DNA of 64,000 nt from positions 1 to 64,000 of the IMG/VR virus record IMGVR_UViG_2974764813_000001. One strand, given 5' to 3'. Made by a program: the position numbers and the translations under genes. The DNA is from a virus. Taxonomy: Duplodnaviria; Caudoviricetes. Positions 36,656 through 44,886 of the stretch are shown here, piece after piece (position 1 is the first letter of the stretch; each line of letters opens with the position of its first letter). Under the pieces are notes generated by a model. It ran no database searches, was not told where the DNA came from, and was given only the letters and a program-made list of their open reading frames with translations.

Positions 36656-37192
36656 ATGTTTCGCGTGACTCCGGCCAATCCCGCCCAGAAGCGGACCATT
36701 CGGCCCGTGTACGCCCAGCACCAGGCGACTGCCTACGCTGGCTTCCTCGATCCCGCCTGGGATCGATCCTTCGACATCGTGCCCGGCACCGTGATGTCGC
36801 GTAAGTCCGGCGAGGTCTTCGAACCCTTCACCGGCAAGCCCGGTCAGAAGCCGTTCGGCCTCTCGGCGCTGTTCGCGGCCCCGCGCCTGGGCATCGACGA
36901 GGTGACCGGCACTGGTGCCAACAACTTCACCGTCTGGGTGGGCGGCGAGCAGGCGGTCTTCGAGATCCTCAATCCGGGCTTCGACCTGGACGCGGACTGG
37001 AACGCCGCCAACGTCACCGACGGCAGCTTCAAGCTGCTGACGGCCACCGACACCGGTCTGCTGACGCCGACCGGTGTCGATCACGGCAACGCCGTGGCCG
37101 AGCTGATCGACGTCATCTCGACCGACGCCATCCAGATCCGCCTCAACCGCTATGACCTGACCTCCGCGGTCGCTCTGGCGGGCGGCAGCTAA
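36656..37192 (+). CDS. Capsid decoration / minor head protein
   Basis: Lies between protease and major capsid; AAGGAG SD. Confidence 0.6.
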   Translation: MFRVTPANPAQKRTIRPVYAQHQATAYAGFLDPAWDRSFDIVPGTVMSRKSGEVFEPFTGKPGQKPFGLSALFAAPRLGIDEVTGTGANNFTVWVGGEQAVFEILNPGFDLDADWNAANVTDGSFKLLTATDTGLLTPTGVDHGNAVAELIDVISTDAIQIRLNRYDLTSAVALAGGS

Positions 37193-37225
37193 GGCCAACG
37201 GGAACAGGACAAGGAGCAAACAACC

Positions 37226-38227
37226 ATGAATCTTCCCGCTGCCGTCGGCTCCGGCTTCGGACGCTACGCCACCCACTCGGACGAGTATGTGGCACAGGCA
37301 CAGAACATGCTGCAGCGCATGGGCCGCAAGCTCACCGCTGCCGAGAAGCAGACCAAGCTGGCGAACATCCTCCGGGATCGCCAGAACGGCCTCCTGCGCC
37401 TCGGCCAGTCGATGATCGGCCCGATCCAGCTGCAGCTGCGTTACCAGGGCATCCTGCGTAACGTCCTGCTCGAAGACGCCTGCACGCCAGGCGTTCCCAT
37501 CGAGTACGACGTGATGGACGATCTCGGCCAGGCGTACTACCTGCACGGCAACGAGGGTGAAGTCAAGATCACCCCGTTCGAAGGCAAGCGTATGCGCGTC
37601 GAGATGTTCCGGCTCGCGACCTTCCCGCAGATCAAGAAGGAAGATCTGTACTGGCTGCGGTCGAACATCGTCGAGTACGCCCAGGATCAGTCGAAGCAAG
37701 CGATCATGCGCCAAGAGGACTCGCGCCTGATCACCCTGCTCGAGGTCGCGGCCCAGCACTACCGGACCATCGACTCGACGGCGATCCCCGGCGTCGGCCC
37801 ACTGCCCAACGAGATCACCGTGGCCTCGAGCTACATCCAGCCCGGTGACCTCTACACGGCGTCGAGCTACACCGATAGCCGCCTGCTCGACTCGACCCGC
37901 CTGCTGTGCGGGCCCATCGAGTACCGGGACTTCTACCGGTGGGAGATCAACAACGTCGGTTGGGCCATGAAGGACTCCGTCGTGGCTGGCGAGAAGATCG
38001 TCCAGTTCGGCGAGTACCAGATCGGCAAGTCGGTCATCATCCCCAAGGGCACGCTCTACCTGACCCCGGACCCCGATTACCTCGGCGTCTTCCCGGTCAT
38101 GTACTCCCTCGATGTCGATGAGGACAACCAGGTCGAGCGGTTCGTCAAGGGCTGGGTCATGGACGAGCTCATCGGCATGGCCATCATCAACCCCCGCGGC
38201 ATCGTGATCATCCGCAAGGCTGCCTAA
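37226..38227 (+). CDS. Major capsid protein
   Basis: 333 aa with strong SD; C-terminal GWVMDELIGMAIINPRG typical of the HK97 fold; followed by a terminator. Confidence 0.85.
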   Translation: MNLPAAVGSGFGRYATHSDEYVAQAQNMLQRMGRKLTAAEKQTKLANILRDRQNGLLRLGQSMIGPIQLQLRYQGILRNVLLEDACTPGVPIEYDVMDDLGQAYYLHGNEGEVKITPFEGKRMRVEMFRLATFPQIKKEDLYWLRSNIVEYAQDQSKQAIMRQEDSRLITLLEVAAQHYRTIDSTAIPGVGPLPNEITVASSYIQPGDLYTASSYTDSRLLDSTRLLCGPIEYRDFYRWEINNVGWAMKDSVVAGEKIVQFGEYQIGKSVIIPKGTLYLTPDPDYLGVFPVMYSLDVDEDNQVERFVKGWVMDELIGMAIINPRGIVIIRKAA

Positions 38228-38241
38228 CCAGCACACCTCGC

Positions 38242-38275
38242 AAAGGGCCCGTCTCCATACGGAGGCGGGCTCTTT
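38242..38275 (+). terminator. Intrinsic terminator after the major capsid gene
   Basis: AAAGGGCCCGTCTCC-ATAC-GGAGGCGGGCTCTTT. Confidence 0.8.
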
Positions 38276-38371
38276 GTGTTGAAGTCGTATAGACTGCGTA
38301 TAGCGTCTATCTAGCGAGGAGGATCCGCAGAACAGCATCGTGCGCTGCCCCGAGCACCGGCAGGTGACCGG

Positions 38372-38551
38372 GTGAAGGTCACCGAGGAGATGCTGGTGGA
38401 TCCGGGCCCGCCGCCGGTGCAACAGCTCCAGCGCCGCGCCACCGAGGAGTTCCTCGACCGCCAGATCGACGAGTTGGCACAGTGCTGCGGCGACCGCGAG
38501 TTCGCCGTGTGGCTCTACCGCGGTCCCATCCCGCTGCGCCTTCCGGGCTGA
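38372..38551 (+). CDS. Small hypothetical protein (59 aa)
   Basis: MKVTEEMLVDPG... with good codon usage; downstream of a GTATAG repeat. Confidence 0.4.
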   Translation: MKVTEEMLVDPGPPPVQQLQRRATEEFLDRQIDELAQCCGDREFAVWLYRGPIPLRLPG

Positions 38552-38599
38552 CTCGGTTGCACCCGCGCCCCGCCACCTCAATAGGGGAGGAGGTCGGGC

Positions 38600-41500
38600 G
38601 TGAAACGTATTATCACCCACCGCGAGCAGGCCGAGGCGATGCAGTGGTGGCAGCAGGGCGCCATCATGCGCACCGCTGCCAGGGACTACTCGAAGATGAC
38701 CCTCTTGCAGGCCATCAACGAGGACGGCGTCCCCGACCTCTGGCTCGACGCCCATCCCGAATGGGTCGAGCTGATCAAGATGCCGGGAAACAAGGCGTTC
38801 TGGAAGCAGGAGCTCAGCCAAAACGGCGACTGGGACCTGGTCCAGGACTACCTGGAGATCAAGGCCGAAGACGGCGACCAGAACGCCTTCGACGTCCTCG
38901 ACGACCACCGCAAAAACAGCCTGATCGGCCAAGGCGCGGTGCCGATGAACTGGCACTCCGGTGACGACGACGACTACGAACTGGATCCCGGCGACGTCGA
39001 TTTCGACGACGACTTCGAGGAGCACCCGGAGCCCGACGAGTCCTCCGTGGGCTCGCTGCTGCCCGACATCTCCGGCATGAGCCTGCGGGAGTTGCTGGAC
39101 TCCGGTGTCAACAGCGCCTCTGTCCACGAGTGGCTCGACAAGCACCCCAACATCAATGCCGTGCTCAAGGACCCCAGCGATCCGGCGCACCAGATCATCC
39201 TCGACGAGGTCGGCAAGAAGCTCGCTCCGCACCTGGACCCCTCCGACTACCCGGAAGTGCACCAGGCCGTCGGCACCGACACGAAGGGTGTCCCCAGCCA
39301 CGAAGACATGCAGCAGCTCGCTGAGGGGCTCTACGGCGGCCCGCACGGCGACCACAGCGACATCATCAACGCCTGGAAGCAGTGGAGTCCCCAGGACTGG
39401 AAGGACAACCTCGAGGTCGCGGCCACCGGTCAGGCCGGACCGCACTGGAAGGCGCTGGCCGACAAGATGCTCGGCGACAACAAGACGCTGGGCCAGAAGC
39501 TCTCCGACGTGTTCGGCGGCCAGGGCATCAATGCCGAGGCGTTCGACTCCATGTCGCCCGAAGGGCAGAAGAACATGCTCGCCGAGTACCTGGGCAGCGC
39601 CACCGGCGAGAACGAGCACCCCGACGTCAAAAAGCTCTTCGACGAGCACTTCGGCGACCCCAAGGGCCACCCCCTCAAGCCCCAGAGCGACGAGGAGTGG
39701 AACGACTTCATGCAGACGATGTTCCCCGGCCTGGGCGAGGGTGCGCTGCAGAACAGCCTCAACAGCTGGAAGTCGCTGAGCGATAAGCAGTGGGAGGACA
39801 TCGCCGACGGCACCCACCCCGCGGGCTCCGGCGTGGGATTCAAGAACTGGAAGAAGCTCAAGGACTACCCGGACAAGCCCTCCACGGGGCTCAACGACGC
39901 CGTCGACGAACTGCTCAACGAACTGTCCGGCGACCCGTGGAACAGCGACGTCAAGCCCAGCACGCCCAGTAAGCCCACCAACCCGTGGGACAACCCGCCC
40001 AAGTCTGGCGACTCCCAGAGCGTGCTCGCCCCGATCAAGTCTCCGGGAGGCAAACCCCTCTACGGCGAGCCTGGCCCGTCCTTCGGTGTCAGCTACAACC
40101 CCGGTGACCGTCAGAGCCGCCCGATGAGTCTGGACTCGCCGATGTTCAACGAGGACAACCGGCCGATGATGCCCGACGGCCGCTGGTACTTCTCGCCCAG
40201 CGACCACAACCCGCTGTCGCAGAGCGATGCGCGCCCCGAGGTCCGCTGGGACCGCAACGACTTCGAGGAAGACGACGTGCTGCCGGGCATGCCGACCGAG
40301 AACCGGTCGGTGAAGCTCTACCGCGGCGAGCCGATCAACCTCGATCACCCCGGCGCCGCGCACATCAAGAAGATGCTCTACGGCGAGACGCCCGACCCCG
40401 ACACCCCGATGCTGCCGGGCACGGAGCAGCTGATGGGCGCCCCGGCCTACGGCAAGGGCTCACCGCGCGAAGGACTGCCCGACGCGGACTGGGCCACCAA
40501 GTACCTGCACCAGACGGTCCCCGGCCTCAACAAGGACGAGGAGTTCTGGACCGACGACCTGATCAAGGACCTGCCCGACGACAACCCGGTGGTCCAGGCG
40601 TGGCGCCGCGGCCACGACGCCGACAGCGACCCGTTCCGCAACCCCGAGCTGGGCAAGGCGCTGCTCGACCACTGGGAGAAGACCCGCGGCAAGGACTACC
40701 CCGGCCCCGATCTGCAGGGCCTGGGACGGCACTGGACGCTCGATCCCGGCCTGGCCAGCAACTTCGGCGGCGCCAACAGCCGCTACGTCCTGCCGACGCG
40801 GTTCGTCTCGGAGTGGGACGGCAGCGGTGAGGACCCGTACCGCTCCAACACCGGCGGCGACTACCCGCACGAGAAGGAGATCACCAAGATCCCCGGCTCG
40901 CCCATGAAGATCGTCGATGTCCAGGTCAAGCACCCCGACACCTACGAATGGGTCTCGGCCTGGCCCAAGGGGCACACCGAGACCCGCTACTCGTCGCGCG
41001 GCGGGATCACCGGCCACCGCGAACAGGCCGAGGCGCTCGCGCAGCTGGAGTACCTCTACCGCACCGGGGCGTTGTCCGACAGCGAGTACTACGCACGGGT
41101 GCGCCAGGTGATGGACCAGGTGGACAACGCCCGCCGGTCGGGCCAGACCACCAACAAGCTGCACGCCGGTCCGATGGCGGGCTACTCGCTGCCGCGCTAC
41201 ATCCAGCAGCAGCAGCTGCTCAACGACGCCTGGAAGGAGCTGGGGGAGAACGTGCCCCGCAACCGCCACGGGCTGATCGTCGGCGGGCTGCCCGGCTCGG
41301 GCAAATCCACCGTGCTCGACAACCACGCCGAGATCGAAGGCGTCGGCCCGGTCAAGGGCAACTTCCTGCGCATCGACCCGGACTACTTCAAGGAGCAGAT
41401 GGGCAAGCGGGGGATGACCCCGCAGATCGAGGGGCTCTCACCGCTGGAGACCGCGGCGCTGATCCACGACGAGTCCACCGACCTGGCCCACCGGCTGGCC

Positions 41501-41866
41501 CACCGCGCCTACCAGGAGGGCACCAACGTCGCCTGGGACGGCACGCTGCGGTATCCGGGCACCGACAAGATCGAGGACTTCAAGAAGCACGGGTACACCC
41601 CGCACGGCATCTTCGTCGACCTGCCGCTGGACGCCTCGGTGCAACGGGCCCAGGAGCGTTACCGTCGGGGGCATGAGGGGTATGTCGCCGGGACCAACCC
41701 GCTCGGCGGCCGCCTGGTGCCCGAGGACTACATCCGCAGCAGCGCCAGCCCGCAGCCGGGGTTCAACTCGATCAACCGCAAGAACTTCGAGGACATGCGC
41801 GCGCACTTCGCCACTCCGGCACAGGTCTGGGACAGCACGGACCTGCCCCCGCGGCGACTTGAGTAA
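38600..41866 (+). CDS. Multidomain effector: leader, internal repeats, ART-like domain, second leader, zeta-toxin-like P-loop kinase
   Basis: KLYRG...RHWT...EKEI (ART-like, about 40300-40990); GGLPGSGKST, RIDPDYFK, NVAWDGT, R..GGRLVP (zeta-like, about 41000-41866). Confidence 0.75.
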   Translation: MKRIITHREQAEAMQWWQQGAIMRTAARDYSKMTLLQAINEDGVPDLWLDAHPEWVELIKMPGNKAFWKQELSQNGDWDLVQDYLEIKAEDGDQNAFDVLDDHRKNSLIGQGAVPMNWHSGDDDDYELDPGDVDFDDDFEEHPEPDESSVGSLLPDISGMSLRELLDSGVNSASVHEWLDKHPNINAVLKDPSDPAHQIILDEVGKKLAPHLDPSDYPEVHQAVGTDTKGVPSHEDMQQLAEGLYGGPHGDHSDIINAWKQWSPQDWKDNLEVAATGQAGPHWKALADKMLGDNKTLGQKLSDVFGGQGINAEAFDSMSPEGQKNMLAEYLGSATGENEHPDVKKLFDEHFGDPKGHPLKPQSDEEWNDFMQTMFPGLGEGALQNSLNSWKSLSDKQWEDIADGTHPAGSGVGFKNWKKLKDYPDKPSTGLNDAVDELLNELSGDPWNSDVKPSTPSKPTNPWDNPPKSGDSQSVLAPIKSPGGKPLYGEPGPSFGVSYNPGDRQSRPMSLDSPMFNEDNRPMMPDGRWYFSPSDHNPLSQSDARPEVRWDRNDFEEDDVLPGMPTENRSVKLYRGEPINLDHPGAAHIKKMLYGETPDPDTPMLPGTEQLMGAPAYGKGSPREGLPDADWATKYLHQTVPGLNKDEEFWTDDLIKDLPDDNPVVQAWRRGHDADSDPFRNPELGKALLDHWEKTRGKDYPGPDLQGLGRHWTLDPGLASNFGGANSRYVLPTRFVSEWDGSGEDPYRSNTGGDYPHEKEITKIPGSPMKIVDVQVKHPDTYEWVSAWPKGHTETRYSSRGGITGHREQAEALAQLEYLYRTGALSDSEYYARVRQVMDQVDNARRSGQTTNKLHAGPMAGYSLPRYIQQQQLLNDAWKELGENVPRNRHGLIVGGLPGSGKSTVLDNHAEIEGVGPVKGNFLRIDPDYFKEQMGKRGMTPQIEGLSPLETAALIHDESTDLAHRLAHRAYQEGTNVAWDGTLRYPGTDKIEDFKKHGYTPHGIFVDLPLDASVQRAQERYRRGHEGYVAGTNPLGGRLVPEDYIRSSASPQPGFNSINRKNFEDMRAHFATPAQVWDSTDLPPRRLE

Positions 41867-41919
41867 GAAATGGTATAGTTTATGTATAGAACTATTGACA
41901 CGGCAGGGAAGGGGTGATC

Positions 41920-42186
41920 ATGGAGCGACCTCAGACCTACCGTGAGGCGGCCGACTGGTTCGTCGAGGGCAAGCTGACGTTCGACCAGTTGCACGACGCG
42001 ATGGGGTACCTGCCCCCGCCGGAGACACGCCGAGAGCCGCAGTCGCTGGCCGACATCTACGACATCGCCGACGAACCTCGCGGGCCCAACTCGACATTCT
42101 GGATCGCCGTGCTCGAGACCTGCGGAAAGATCACCCTCGACCAACTCGTCGAGCTCCTGGAGACCGTTGCTGAAATCCACCGGTGA
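41920..42186 (+). CDS. Small putative antitoxin/immunity protein
   Basis: Directly after the zeta domain, with its own extended -10 TGGTATAGT; two GK[LI]T.DQL repeats. Confidence 0.55.
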   Translation: MERPQTYREAADWFVEGKLTFDQLHDAMGYLPPPETRREPQSLADIYDIADEPRGPNSTFWIAVLETCGKITLDQLVELLETVAEIHR

Positions 42187-42280
42187 TGCGGATTCTAGAC
42201 CATTTCTAGGTTTGCACTGTTGCCCTTCTGGGAATTTCCACTTACAGTAATCAGGTAAGCTCCGGGAAGGGGGTGAAGGT

Positions 42281-42487
42281 ATGCACAGCTACCTGGTAAC
42301 CATGCTCGACCGAATGACAGGCAGCGAATGCCGCGTGGTGGTGCAGGCCGAGTGCCCCCACGATATGCAGGAGTTTGTGGATCGTCTTGCGCGCGAAGGC
42401 AAACTGCCCATCAGCAGCCCGGTGGTCGTCGACATCGACGACCGCGCCGCCGCGCACGTCCCCTTGGTGAACCCAGCCAAGCTCTAA
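42281..42487 (+). CDS. Small hypothetical protein
   Basis: ORF flanked by operator-like palindromes and a terminator. Confidence 0.5.
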   Translation: MHSYLVTMLDRMTGSECRVVVQAECPHDMQEFVDRLAREGKLPISSPVVVDIDDRAAAHVPLVNPAKL

Positions 42488-42504
42488 TTCCACTTTCGGT
42501 GATG

Positions 42505-42533
42505 ACCCCAGAGCGCTGACGCTCTGGGGTTTT
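42505..42533 (+). terminator. Intrinsic terminator
   Basis: ACCCCAGAGCG-CTGA-CGCTCTGGGGT followed by TTT. Confidence 0.75.
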
Positions 42534-42622
42534 CGCTGTTCGGTGCCTGCGCCCCTGTGCGGAAGACCCGTGCCATCCCGGAATAGATGAGTACGTGTTT
42601 TGTCCGACCGCAAGGAGACACC

Positions 42623-43249
42623 ATGACCACCACGACTGCTACGCCGACACCGCGCACCATCGCCGAACTGCGCAAGCACGACGGGCCGATCTACATGGCT
42701 AACAACACCGCCAACCGGGTGCACTGCCACGAGCAGCTCGGTGATCACCGCGTCGACTTCGAGCTCGACCCGGTCGGCGGCGAGGACTCGATCCAGATGG
42801 TGCCCAAGATGGCCCTGGAGGTCCGCGGCATCCAGAAGATGTGGCGCAACGGCGACCTGACCGTGAGCACCGACGAGTCGATGGAAGAGCAGATCACCCT
42901 GCTCATCGACCGCAACATCAAGACCCCGCAGGACCGCCTCAACGGCATCATGGCCGCCAGCGGCGACGGGGCCACCCTGCAGGTCGAGGGGTCGGCCAAC
43001 GGCAAGAACCTCACCGAGAAGGCGTGCCTGGAGTGCGGCGCCTACGACCCGAAGACCGGTGTGCTGCTGCGCGGCCGTGTGGTGATGCGGGTCTCCGACG
43101 TCGAAGAGGGTGTCGCGCCGCTGTGCGCGACCCACCAGCACCTGTCCACGCAGTGGGCCGGTCGCCAGGTCCTCGCCGACACCGACGAGACCCCGCACTG
43201 GGAGTTCGACAAGGTCTCGCTCACCGCCCCGGTGCGCGAACAGGGCTGA
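42623..43249 (+). CDS. Conserved hypothetical late protein
   Basis: AAGGAG SD; CLEC...C..H. Confidence 0.65.
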   Translation: MTTTTATPTPRTIAELRKHDGPIYMANNTANRVHCHEQLGDHRVDFELDPVGGEDSIQMVPKMALEVRGIQKMWRNGDLTVSTDESMEEQITLLIDRNIKTPQDRLNGIMAASGDGATLQVEGSANGKNLTEKACLECGAYDPKTGVLLRGRVVMRVSDVEEGVAPLCATHQHLSTQWAGRQVLADTDETPHWEFDKVSLTAPVREQG

Positions 43250-43268
43250 TCCACAAGGAGGAAAGAAC

Positions 43269-43430
43269 ATGGCAGATACCCCAGTCTGGGCAGGCCAGGT
43301 GCCGCACCTGATCACCGGTGCCTACCAGAAGAAGCAGTTCCGCTCCGGCCTCGCCGGAGGCATTCAGGAGACGGTCTTCGACGCGCTGGCCTACCCGCCG
43401 GAGTCGGGCGTCGAGGCCACTGAGGCCTGA
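43269..43430 (+). CDS. Small virion-region protein (paralog of 44550..44840)
   Basis: AGGAGG SD; shared VFDALAYPPESG motif. Confidence 0.6.
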   Translation: MADTPVWAGQVPHLITGAYQKKQFRSGLAGGIQETVFDALAYPPESGVEATEA

Positions 43431-43437
43431 CCCTGCC

Positions 43438-43629
43438 ATGTTCACCGCAGCGGAACTGAGCTGGTACAAGGCGGGCGCACTGGTTCGCCAGCCCCGCCTT
43501 GTCCCAGGCGAACCCAATCTCTCTTCCATCGCCCATGCCATGGCCAGCCCGCCGATGCCGAACCCCGACTTCATCGTGGACACCGGCAGCGACCGCATCG
43601 ACGGGGAGATCGACGGAGGGACACCGTAA
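43438..43629 (+). CDS. Small hypothetical protein
   Basis: Ends IDGGTP, abutting the fiber gene. Confidence 0.45.
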   Translation: MFTAAELSWYKAGALVRQPRLVPGEPNLSSIAHAMASPPMPNPDFIVDTGSDRIDGEIDGGTP

Positions 43630-44460
43630 ATGCCCGAACTGAGGCGAATCAGGTTTCGTCGAGGCACCCCAGCAGAATGGGCTGACGCCGATCCGGTGCT
43701 TCCGGCCGGATCTCTGAATGTAGAGATCGACGGCGTCAACAGCGTGGCCCGCATCAAGGTGGGTATCGGGGCTCGCTGGACGGAGACGCCCTTTGTCGGC
43801 TCTGACAGCGAGGGCGGCGGCACGGTCACTGTCGCCGATGTCGTCGGCCTGACCGACGCCCTGAGCGAAAAAGCCGACGTCACTCACGACCACAGCGGGG
43901 TGTACGCCCCGACGAGTCACGACCACAGCGGGGTGTACGCCCCCACCAGCCACACTCACGACACTTCGCAGGTGGACGGGCTGGAGACCTTGCTCGGCGA
44001 GAAGGTGGACACCTCCACCACGGTGGCCGCCGGGACCGGCTTGACCGGCGGTGGGACGCTGGATGCCAACCGGACCTTGGCACTGAGCTCGGCCTCGATT
44101 GCCTCGCTGGCCAAAGCCGACACTGCCGTGCAGCCCGAGGCCCTGACCGGACTCTCCCCGAACCTGGTGATCCGGCCCGAGAAGTCCGACAACACGGTGT
44201 TGATCGTGGCCGACGCCAACTCGTTCAGCAAAGTCAACACCACGCCAGGGACGGCCACCATCGTCGTGCCGCTGAACTCCGATGAGCCCATCCCTATCGG
44301 CGCGTCGGTCTACCTCATGGTCTCCGGCGCGAACGACATGAGCATCGGAGCCGACGACGGCGTCACGGTGCGCGCGGTGGATGACGTGATGGACATTTCG
44401 GGGAACCACAGGTTGGCCCACCTGCTCAAGGTCGGCACCGACGAGTGGATCTTGCAGTGA
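43630..44460 (+). CDS. Fiber-like protein with Mtd/hyaluronidase-type N-terminus
   Basis: RIRFRRGTPAEW...PVL..G; HDHSGVYAP repeats; AGTGLTGGG. Confidence 0.7.
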   Translation: MPELRRIRFRRGTPAEWADADPVLPAGSLNVEIDGVNSVARIKVGIGARWTETPFVGSDSEGGGTVTVADVVGLTDALSEKADVTHDHSGVYAPTSHDHSGVYAPTSHTHDTSQVDGLETLLGEKVDTSTTVAAGTGLTGGGTLDANRTLALSSASIASLAKADTAVQPEALTGLSPNLVIRPEKSDNTVLIVADANSFSKVNTTPGTATIVVPLNSDEPIPIGASVYLMVSGANDMSIGADDGVTVRAVDDVMDISGNHRLAHLLKVGTDEWILQ

Positions 44461-44549
44461 TCCCTTGACCTGACTCACCTGTGCTCGCACGCCTCCCGCC
44501 CGGTAATAGGCGAAGGGATTTGCAGCACCCCAGCAAGGAGAAGAGTGAT

Positions 44550-44840
44550 ATGACCGCAGTGCCCGAAGCCGTCCGGCTGGCCTACCAGACTCGCCACTAC
44601 AACGCGGGCATCCCGGTCAAGCCCGACAACAGCGTGTTCGACGCGCTGGCCTACCCGCCGGAGAGCGGCCTGGAAGCCCAGGAAGCCGCACTCGCGGCGG
44701 CCCAGGAAGTCGGCATCATCGCACCGGACCCGGCCGCCCTCAAGGGTGCGGTCGCCCACCGCGACGTCATCAAGCAGTTCTACGACTCGGCCAGCATCCT
44801 GCGTCCCGTCGCAGACGACAACACCGACGAAAACGGCTAG
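44550..44840 (+). CDS. Small virion-region protein
   Basis: AAGGAG SD; VFDALAYPPESG. Confidence 0.6.
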   Translation: MTAVPEAVRLAYQTRHYNAGIPVKPDNSVFDALAYPPESGLEAQEAALAAAQEVGIIAPDPAALKGAVAHRDVIKQFYDSASILRPVADDNTDENG

Positions 44841-44886
44841 AGCCCGCTTCGATTTCGCCGTTCTCCACTGACACGAGAGGACAGAG

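Noticed and set aside
43630-44460. Diversity-generating retroelement target (Mtd-like N-terminus)
   Set aside because: No reverse transcriptase and no template/variable repeat pair with adenine-specific differences were seen in the window.
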